Source of the DNA: Bacillota bacterium
Lineage (GTDB): Bacteria > Bacillota > Clostridia > Saccharofermentanales > UBA5734
Direction: 5' to 3'
Assembly: GCA_029548445.1 (NCBI GenBank)
Contig: JAKPNJ010000156.1
Location: 1 to 57,365, forward strand
DNA: 57,365 nt
The notes under the pieces were generated by a model. That model had not been told where the DNA came from, searched no databases, and was given only the letters and a program-made list of their open reading frames with translations. The position numbers and the translations under genes are program-made. Below are positions 1-6,716 of the stretch, in pieces; position 1 is the stretch's first letter; each line of letters starts with the position of its first letter.

Positions 1-2
1 CC

Positions 3-365
3 TATCTCTGGACCGACGACAATACCGAGCGGGCCGGGAGCCAGGGGTACTTCGTCGAGGTGTATGCGGACCATGTCCTGGTCCGGGGCCGCGACTTCAT
101 CGGGGCCCAGTGGGTCTCGCCAGCCCAATTCCTGCTGCCGATCGGGAGCGGGGGTGGGACGCCGAGCGGTGCGCCCAGCGGGGAGCCATCGGGGGCGCCC
201 AGCGGCGGGCCGTCGGGAACGCCGGGGCCGGATGAAGCCGACGGAGGCGGCGGGCTGCCGGCCTGGGCATTGGCGCTGCTTGTGGGCGCGGGCGCACTGC
301 TGGTGGCGGCCGGTGTGGTCGTGGCTGTCATGGCAGCCGGTCGGGTCCGGCGCCGAGGTGCGTAG
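3..365 (+). CDS. 3' fragment of a secreted/surface protein (start outside window) ending in a Gly/Pro/Ser linker and C-terminal TM anchor
   Basis: Frame 3 is open from the window edge (YLWTDDNTERAGSQGYFVEVYADHVLVRGRDF...) to TAG 363-365. It has PSG(A/E/G) repeats, GGGG, a hydrophobic stretch LPAWALALLVGAGALLVAAGVVVAVMAA and a basic tail RVRRRGA. Track ORF 60..365 is the same frame from its first Met. Confidence 0.5.
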   Translation, partial: YLWTDDNTERAGSQGYFVEVYADHVLVRGRDFIGAQWVSPAQFLLPIGSGGGTPSGAPSGEPSGAPSGGPSGTPGPDEADGGGGLPAWALALLVGAGALLVAAGVVVAVMAAGRVRRRGA

Positions 366-465
366 TCGTGTTTTGAAACGTATGGGAAAACGGCGTCCGG
401 AACGTACGTTTTCGATCATGACGGCCGACGTACGCAACGTACGCCCCGGAAAGGAGGCCGCCCCC

Positions 466-1080
466 ATGAAGAAACCAAAGACCCTCGTCCTCACCCTCAC
501 CCTCGTCCTGGTCCTGGTCCTGCTGCTGGCCGCAGTGACCGCCACCGCCTGCGCCCCAGGTCCCACCCCAAGTCCCACCCCAAGCCCCACTCCGGGAGGC
601 GGAACGCCCCAGGAAATCGCCCGGGACGACGGCGCCATGGACAGCTGGCTCTCCCTGGGCGGCCTGGAGGAGTATGGATTCATGGTCCGCCTGGACGCCG
701 GCCAACCCTTCGTCGTGACGACGATCCGGGTTTACAGCCGAACCGTGGAAACGCCGGTGGGGGACATGCGCATGACGGCGCGGTTGACGGATGCGAGCCT
801 GGCGGTCCTGTGGGAGGGGTTTGTGCCCATGGCCGACATTCCCAAGGAGCCCGCCTGGGTTGAGATCCCCGTTCCGGATATCGCGACCGACGGCGAGTTT
901 TGCGTCCTGGTGTTCGCGCCGACCCTGGGCAAGGACAAGGGCCCGTATATCGGGCTTGACCAGAGCGGCCCCAACCTGGGCTCGGAACAGCTGAGCCACT
1001 GGCAGCCCGTCGACTGGAATGCGGGCGTTGGCCGGGAAACGGTCAACTTCATGATCCGCGCCGAGGGGTACGCAGGGTAG
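466..1080 (+). CDS. hypothetical lipoprotein (204 aa)
   Basis: ATG 466 is preceded by GGAAAGGAGG (449-458). MKKPKTLVLTLTLVLVLVLLLAAVTATAC is a signal peptide ending in a lipobox-like Cys, followed by a PTPSPTPSPTP linker. No family recognised. The track ORF 64..1080 N-terminal extension is Arg/Gly-rich junk. Confidence 0.6.
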   Translation: MKKPKTLVLTLTLVLVLVLLLAAVTATACAPGPTPSPTPSPTPGGGTPQEIARDDGAMDSWLSLGGLEEYGFMVRLDAGQPFVVTTIRVYSRTVETPVGDMRMTARLTDASLAVLWEGFVPMADIPKEPAWVEIPVPDIATDGEFCVLVFAPTLGKDKGPYIGLDQSGPNLGSEQLSHWQPVDWNAGVGRETVNFMIRAEGYAG

Positions 1081-1089
1081 GGAGTCCCG

Positions 1090-1290
1090 CTACGCCCTGT
1101 CGCCCTGATCCTCCTGCACCCCGCATGCCGAGCCCTTCCGCCGGGCCGCGCATTCGCGTGCGGCCGCGCAATTCCGGGCGGCCGGGCAACCGACGCAGGC
1201 GACACCTTTTCTCTTCTCCCGGATGATATGGAAGATCGCCCCGCCCAGGACCAGGGCGATGACGGCGATTGCGATCCATGTCGACGGCAT
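1090..1290 (-). CDS. FeoB-associated Cys-rich small membrane protein (66 aa)
   Basis: Starts (CAT at 1288-1290) 1 nt after the feoB stop. It has one TM helix (WIAIAVIALVLGGAIF) and a Cys-rich tail (CVGC..C..C..C). This pattern is typical of the small Cys-rich peptides downstream of feoB in Firmicutes-type genomes. The longer track ORF 1090..1452 overlaps feoB and was trimmed. Confidence 0.6.
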   Translation of the reverse strand: MPSTWIAIAVIALVLGGAIFHIIREKRKGVACVGCPAARNCAAARECAARRKGSACGVQEDQGDRA

Positions 1291-1291
1291 G

Positions 1292-3304
1292 TCAGGCACC
1301 CGCTTCCTTTTGTGGGGCAACGTGCGGGGCAACGTGCGGGGCCGCTTGCGGGGCGACGGGCTCCGGCAGGGGTTTTCGACCGCCCTTGGCCGCCAGGATC
1401 GCCAGGATCCCCGCCATGACCAGGACCGCCACAAGGCCCCCGACAAAGCCATCGCCCACCCGGCCCAGGGTCAGCAGGGTGCCGCCCTGGTACGTCAGGA
1501 ACGCCAGGGTGTACCCCACCGCCAGCTGGAATGCGACGGCGCCCAGGGTCCAGCGGGTCGAGTCCACTTCCGCCCGGATCGCGCCGATGGCCGCGAAGCA
1601 GGGCGGCGAGAACAGGTTGAATACCAGGTAGCTGAGGGCCGCCACGGAGCCGATGGCGAACGCGGCCTCGACATCGATGAAGTTCGCGATGCCGAAGGTG
1701 ACCGCCAGGGTGCCGACGACGTTCTCCTTCGCGATGAAGCCGGTGATGGCCGCCGCTGCGAACTGCCAGATCCCGAAGCCCAGGGGGATCAGCAGCCAGG
1801 CGACAGGCCCCGCGACGGACGCCAGGATGCTCGTGTGGACGGCGTCCTCCGCCACGACCCGGAAGCGCCAGTCGAAGGTCTGCAGGATATGCACGACGGC
1901 GTTGCAGACCAGGATGACCGTCCCGGCCTTGACGACGAAGGCCCGGCCCCGGCTCAGCATGGAGACCGCCGCCCGCCGGACGCTGGGAATCCGGTATTCC
2001 GGGAGCTCCATGATGAAATGGGACCTGGACGTATCGCCCGTGATGCGGCGGACCAGGACAGCGCTCCCGATGATCAGGACGATGCCCAGGAGATACATCG
2101 AGGGGCCGATCCACACGTTGCCAGGGAAGAAGGCGCCGGCAAACAGCGCGATGATCGGCAGCTTGGCGCCGCAGGGCATGAAGGGGGTCAGCATGGCGGT
2201 GGTCCGGCGCTGGCGCTCATTCTTGATGGTGCGCGTGGCCATGATGCCCGGGATCGCGCAGGCGGTGCCGAGGACCATCGGAATGACCGAGCGGCCGGAG
2301 AGGCCGATTTTCTTGAAATGGCGGTCCATGACGACCGCCACCCGGGCCATGTACCCGCAGTCCTCGAACAGGGCCATCAGGAAGAACATGACCATGATCA
2401 GGGGCAGGAAGCCGACGACGGCGATGACGCCGCCCAGGATGCCGTCCACCAGCAGGGAGGCGACCAGCGGATGCACATCCGCCATGAAACCGCGTACCCA
2501 TTCCTGGAAGGCTTCGAGCCAGCCGACGAAGGTATCGGCCAGCCAGGGCCCGACCGTCGACTGGGAGACCCAGAAGATGAACCAGATGACCCCGACGAAG
2601 AGGAGGGGGCCCAGCCACTTGTGGGCGAGGACCCGGTCCCACCGGTCCTGCCGCGTGAGCTGGTCCGGGCTGGTTGTCCTGCGCTCGACGTCCTCGACGA
2701 TGGAACGGACGAATTCGAAGCGCGCCCGGTCGGCCTGCTGGGCCATGTCCTGTGCGGCGACTTCCCGAATGCCGTCGATGACCGGCGCAGCCTGGGTGCC
2801 GCGCCTGGCCGCCTCCACCGCTGCCTCGACCAGCCGGGGCAGCCCGTTGTGCCGGGCTTTCGTGGCGACGGTCTCGATCACGGGACAGCCCAGGCGCTTC
2901 GACAGGAGGTCGATTCGGATCGTGTCGCCCTTCCGGGCGGTCCGGTCGCTCTTGTTGAGGGCCACCACCACCGGGATGCCGAGTTCCAGCAGCTGGGTCG
3001 TCAGGAACAGGCTTCTCGACAGGCTGGTGGCGTCCACGACATTGATGAGGACGTCCGGGTGTTCGTTTCGGATGAAATCCCGGGTGACGCTCTCCTCGCT
3101 GGTATAGGGCGACAGGGAGTAGGCGCCCGGGAGGTCCACCGCGAGGATGTCCTCCGAGGTGGGGTTCAGGCGGTCGAGGAGATGGCCTTCCTTTTTCTCG
3201 ACGGTCACGCCGGGCCAGTTGCCGACAGGCTCGATCCGCCCGGTGATGGCATTGAACAGCGTGGTTTTCCCGCTGTTCGGGTTTCCCGCCAGGGCCATTC
3301 GCAT
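1292..3304 (-). CDS. feoB: ferrous iron transport protein B
   Basis: 670 aa. N-terminal G domain with GNPNSGKTTLFN (G1), DLPG (G3) and NKSD (G4), then a long polytopic membrane domain. SD GGGAGGCGG lies just upstream (reverse complement of 3308-3316). Confidence 0.95.
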   Translation of the reverse strand: MRMALAGNPNSGKTTLFNAITGRIEPVGNWPGVTVEKKEGHLLDRLNPTSEDILAVDLPGAYSLSPYTSEESVTRDFIRNEHPDVLINVVDATSLSRSLFLTTQLLELGIPVVVALNKSDRTARKGDTIRIDLLSKRLGCPVIETVATKARHNGLPRLVEAAVEAARRGTQAAPVIDGIREVAAQDMAQQADRARFEFVRSIVEDVERRTTSPDQLTRQDRWDRVLAHKWLGPLLFVGVIWFIFWVSQSTVGPWLADTFVGWLEAFQEWVRGFMADVHPLVASLLVDGILGGVIAVVGFLPLIMVMFFLMALFEDCGYMARVAVVMDRHFKKIGLSGRSVIPMVLGTACAIPGIMATRTIKNERQRRTTAMLTPFMPCGAKLPIIALFAGAFFPGNVWIGPSMYLLGIVLIIGSAVLVRRITGDTSRSHFIMELPEYRIPSVRRAAVSMLSRGRAFVVKAGTVILVCNAVVHILQTFDWRFRVVAEDAVHTSILASVAGPVAWLLIPLGFGIWQFAAAAITGFIAKENVVGTLAVTFGIANFIDVEAAFAIGSVAALSYLVFNLFSPPCFAAIGAIRAEVDSTRWTLGAVAFQLAVGYTLAFLTYQGGTLLTLGRVGDGFVGGLVAVLVMAGILAILAAKGGRKPLPEPVAPQAAPHVAPHVAPQKEAGA

Positions 3305-3373
3305 TGTCCGCCTCCCAGTATGTTGCGCATCGCTAACTTATCGGGTAAAAAAATGGATCCCTCGTGGTCCGCG

Positions 3374-3586
3374 TTATACGAAAATGGCCTCGGCCAGGGA
3401 CTCGTCGATGCTGTACCGGGCATTCCGGATGCTCACGATATAATGGCCGGAGAGCTTGGAGAGGATCGTGATCTTCTCTCCCGGGTAGCAGCCGAGGGTA
3501 AACAGGAAGTCCCGCAGGTCCTCCTGGGCCGCATGGATCTGTTGGATCACGTAGGGGGTATTCAGCTTGCCCCTGGAAAGCGCCAT
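3374..3586 (-). CDS. feoA: FeoA-family ferrous iron transport protein A
   Basis: 70-aa SH3-like FeoA pattern (GCYPGEKITILSKLSGHYIVSIRNARYSIDESLAEAI) directly upstream of feoB. Confidence 0.85.
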   Translation of the reverse strand: MALSRGKLNTPYVIQQIHAAQEDLRDFLFTLGCYPGEKITILSKLSGHYIVSIRNARYSIDESLAEAIFV

Positions 3587-3631
3587 CCCGCGACCTGCCT
3601 TTCGAGTTGCCGGTGTCTAACAATCATATGG

Positions 3632-3660
3632 AATGTATCATGGGCCGCCCTGGGTGTCAA
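3632..3660 (-). promoter_or_regulatory. sigma-70-type promoter candidate for feoAB
   Basis: On the minus strand: TTGACA (3660-3655), a 17-nt spacer, then TACATT (3637-3632), about 45 nt upstream of the feoA ATG. It sits in the only AT-rich patch of this intergenic region. Confidence 0.45.
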
Positions 3661-3704
3661 GGCGCCGGATTGTGACCGGCATCACGGTCGGCAGGCCCGG
3701 AGGG

Positions 3705-4286
3705 TCAGACAGAAGGCGGATCTCCCCCGAACAGCAGCGACTCCAGCGGCTCCCGGGGACTCGGATGCTCCCGCTCCCGCAGGTCGGGCTCCAGCCGGGC
3801 CGGGTCGCCGTAGTAGCCTACCGCCACCGCGCACACGATGCTCATGTCCTCCGGAATGGCGAACGCCGCCCGGGCTTGGTCAACGCGGACGCCGCCCATG
3901 GCGTGGGTCACGAGCCCCCGGCGCTGGGCTTCCAGGGACAGGAAGCCCCAGGCGGTGCCGGTGTCGAAGAGATGCCAGCGGTTGGGCTTCCCGGTCTCTT
4001 CGAAGGCCTGGACGGCCAGGACCAGCAGCAGGACCGGCGCGTCCTTCGCCCAGGCCGGATTCCGCCCGGCCAGGACCCCGACCAGCTTCCGTCGGCTTTC
4101 CTCCGTCCGGGCCACGAGAAAGCGCCAGGGCTGTTCGTTCATGCAGGACGGTGCCTGGCGGGCCGCTTCCAGGAGGGCCAGCAGGTCCCCGTCCGAGACC
4201 GGCCGGTCGGGGTCGAAGGCCCGGGGCGACCAGCGGTCCCGAATTTCCGGCAGGATGTCGTGGCGGATTTCGCGCGGCTCGATCAT
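3705..4286 (-). CDS. nitroreductase-family oxidoreductase
   Basis: Contains RWSPRAFDPDRPVSDGDLLALLEAARQAPSCMNEQPWRF and later AMGG, typical of the NfnB/FMN-nitroreductase fold. Start chosen at MIEPREI (CAT 4284-4286). The upstream part of track ORF 3705..4370 is Gly/Arg-rich. Confidence 0.8.
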   Translation of the reverse strand: MIEPREIRHDILPEIRDRWSPRAFDPDRPVSDGDLLALLEAARQAPSCMNEQPWRFLVARTEESRRKLVGVLAGRNPAWAKDAPVLLLVLAVQAFEETGKPNRWHLFDTGTAWGFLSLEAQRRGLVTHAMGGVRVDQARAAFAIPEDMSIVCAVAVGYYGDPARLEPDLREREHPSPREPLESLLFGGDPPSV

Positions 4287-4403
4287 GGCGACCCTCCCGG
4301 ACGGCCCGGAGGGCGGGCTGCGGGGTGTGCCCGCCCTACCATGGCGACGTCCACCGCCATGGTACCACATCGATATGGAGGCGATTGGGACAGGAGGTCG
4401 GCG

Positions 4404-5504
4404 TCAGATCACTTCCCGGAAGTCCCTTCCCGGCAGTACCGGGAACGGAGCGTGGGGCTCCAGTTGGTACCAGACAGCCATGGAAGCGATGTCATCCTGG
4501 AGCGGCAGGAATCGTCCGGGCTGTCCGTGAATGCCGCTTCTCCATCCGAGGGCCTGGATCGTCGCCCGAAAATCCCGTTCGAATGGAACCGGGTCGGCCA
4601 CGTGCCACCGGTACATCCCGTGCCGCATATTGGCACCGGTGAAACCGTCCGGCGCAATGAACTGGTGATATCCCAGATAAGGGGCGCTGTAGGGGACATA
4701 CCCGTTCATCCGGTCGTTCAGAAAACTCCACGCCCCGCCGAAGTAATCCTCGGTCCCCGTTCCACAGTACGTCGGATGGTCCGTATCGCCATCAATGTAG
4801 TACTTGACCTCTCCCTCACCCCACCAGCCATTGTTGTTCTGGCCCCAGGCGAGATAGACGCCCGCGAATCGCCCCCTACCCCGGACCCCGTCCAACATGA
4901 CATATTCCGTCCGGAAGGGAACCGGGTTCTCCCGCCGCCACTGGGCATGGAACGAGAGACTCTCATCCGGCAAGTCTCCCAACAGGTAATCGATCTGGTA
5001 AAAGAAGCCGCTGATATCCTCGGGCCGCTGGTTCTCCACCGTGATCCGGGCGGATGTGCGGAAAGGCATGGGCCAGAAGGAGTTGAAGCCGCCGCTGGGA
5101 TTGACGTTGATCGGTGCGGACAATACATTGGCCCGGACTCCCCAGCCATTGCAGAAGAAGTCCCCGTACGGAACCTCCACGGAAGGCTCTGTCTCGCCGT
5201 CCCAGTACATCCGCAGGATGCAATCCCTGTATGCGCTGGTGGATGCGGTGGTCCAGATGTGGGTGATCAGCCCCGGACCCCGGATCTCTGCCAGGACGGC
5301 TGTTTCTCCCGCACGGATTGTGATGCAGGGCCGTACCTTCCAACCCGGCCCCAAGTCCCTGGCCGCTGAACCGCTGTCCGGAACCGCCAGGGCACCCTGG
5401 CCTTTCTCCCCGGCGGGATTCTCCGCGGAAATCGAACGGAAGGACGCGTTGGGGGCCATGTATATGGAGTCCAGGCTGTTTCCGAAGTGTCGAATGTCGT
5501 TCAT
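4404..5504 (-). CDS. DUF2961 / glycoside hydrolase family 172-like protein
   Basis: 366 aa with WGEGEVKYYIDGD and CGTGTEDYFGGAW motifs, which I recognise from DUF2961 (GH172) jelly-roll enzymes. No signal peptide. Confidence 0.75.
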   Translation of the reverse strand: MNDIRHFGNSLDSIYMAPNASFRSISAENPAGEKGQGALAVPDSGSAARDLGPGWKVRPCITIRAGETAVLAEIRGPGLITHIWTTASTSAYRDCILRMYWDGETEPSVEVPYGDFFCNGWGVRANVLSAPINVNPSGGFNSFWPMPFRTSARITVENQRPEDISGFFYQIDYLLGDLPDESLSFHAQWRRENPVPFRTEYVMLDGVRGRGRFAGVYLAWGQNNNGWWGEGEVKYYIDGDTDHPTYCGTGTEDYFGGAWSFLNDRMNGYVPYSAPYLGYHQFIAPDGFTGANMRHGMYRWHVADPVPFERDFRATIQALGWRSGIHGQPGRFLPLQDDIASMAVWYQLEPHAPFPVLPGRDFREVI

Positions 5505-5671
5505 GGTTCGTTCCTCCTGTTATCGGGTTCGGCACCGGCCAACTGACGACCGGGACAATGCCGACGGGTCCACTGTATCACGGCCATCCGTCGCCTGTTC
5601 ATGCGTTCTCGATCTTGTACGGGAATGTCCCATTGGACGCCGGAATCCTCCTGATGGCCGTTGAACCCCGG

Positions 5672-5680
5672 TGCTATACT
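5672..5680 (+). promoter_or_regulatory. extended -10 promoter element candidate (TGcTATACT)
   Basis: TG at 5672-5673 and TATACT at 5675-5680, about 75 nt upstream of ATG 5755. No good -35. Confidence 0.3.
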
Positions 5681-5754
5681 CGAGTCGAACACGCTGGATG
5701 CCCGTATGTAACGGGTCGTCCAGGGAAACAAAGGCCAAATCGGGAGGTGGATTC

Positions 5755-6609
5755 ATGAAGAGAAAGCTCGGTGTGTTGCTCATTCTGGCCGTCGCATTGC
5801 TTCTCATCGTTTCCTGCCGGCAGGGCACAAGCTGGTCCGATATGAAAATCGGACCGGGCGGGGCAGGAACCAAGACCATCCATTACAAATGGGAAAAGGA
5901 CAGTTTGGCGACCGCGGACGAACAGACGAAGGGAGACCTGTTGTCCAAATTCTTCCCCCAGGGCGAGCAGGCGGTCGCGGACTGGCTCCAGGACGAGGTA
6001 CCGGAAGGATTTGTCGTCGAGTACAATGGTGATTTGGCTGATTATCACGAGATCACGATCAGCTACTCGTTCACTGACATCGACGACTACAACGCCAAGA
6101 CCAAAATGATGATTCCCACCAATATCTGGGAGGATAACTTCCTGGAAGAAGCGACCCTGACCACCGAAGCGGTCTCCGGCGGGTACAACATGACCTTCAG
6201 GGAGTCCCTGGCCCTGCTGAAGTACAGCGGATACGGCTATTTCCTCTCCATGTACGAGGCGACTGACGTCTTTGACAAGACGCGGGATGGCTACGACGAC
6301 GGAACAGCCTATAATCCGGACAACCAGTTCGACTACATGACGGTCATCGTCACCGTCGGCGACGAGAGCCTGACCATCGAAGCCGGCAAGAACGTCAATA
6401 CGGGCGAATGGGACAGCGTCGATCCCAACGCGTTCATCGAGCTGACCGGGTTCGTTGCGGAAGCCGAAGCCACGCCGACCACGGCCGAGGCCACACCGAC
6501 CACTTCGACCAATCCGACGACTCCGGATGCCGGGATGGTTCCCGCGATCCTTGCGGCCGCCTTCGGGCTGTCGGCCCTGGTAATGGGCGTCAGGAGAAAG
6601 AAGGCCTGA
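5755..6609 (+). CDS. hypothetical surface protein with N-terminal lipobox and C-terminal TM anchor
   Basis: SD GGGAGGTGG lies before ATG 5755. MKRKLGVLLILAVALLLIVSC is a lipoprotein signal. The body is rich in D/Y/N/T. It carries an EATPTT(A/S) repeat and a C-terminal PDAGMVPAILAAAFGLSALVMGVRRKKA. GC is clearly lower than the flanks. Confidence 0.6.
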   Translation: MKRKLGVLLILAVALLLIVSCRQGTSWSDMKIGPGGAGTKTIHYKWEKDSLATADEQTKGDLLSKFFPQGEQAVADWLQDEVPEGFVVEYNGDLADYHEITISYSFTDIDDYNAKTKMMIPTNIWEDNFLEEATLTTEAVSGGYNMTFRESLALLKYSGYGYFLSMYEATDVFDKTRDGYDDGTAYNPDNQFDYMTVIVTVGDESLTIEAGKNVNTGEWDSVDPNAFIELTGFVAEAEATPTTAEATPTTSTNPTTPDAGMVPAILAAAFGLSALVMGVRRKKA

Positions 6610-6666
6610 CACAAGAAAATCCGTTCCGTCCGAAAAGGGACGGGATCGGGACAAGCGTGTGACGGA

Positions 6667-6699
6667 AACGGCGGGGAGTTCTCACCCCGCCGTTTTTAT
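6667..6699 (+). terminator. Rho-independent terminator
   Basis: AACGGCGGGG - agttctca - CCCCGCCGTT followed by TTTAT. It is preceded by a smaller hairpin, CCGTCC/GGACGG (about 6626-6643). Confidence 0.7.
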
Positions 6700-6716
6700 T
6701 CCGGAACGGAGGCTCC

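Noticed and set aside
3610-3645. Possible Fur box at the feoA promoter (AT-rich GATACATTCCATATGATTGTTAG on the minus strand).
   Set aside because: The position overlapping the -10 and +1 would fit iron repression. However, the sequence has only weak dyad symmetry and poor agreement with the GATAATGATAATCATTATC-type consensus. I report only the promoter.
6520-6609. Sortase (LPXTG) cell-wall anchoring of the proteins ending at 365 and 6609.
   Set aside because: No LPXTG or close variant precedes the C-terminal helices. They are kept only as generic sorting-signal-like tails in the findings.
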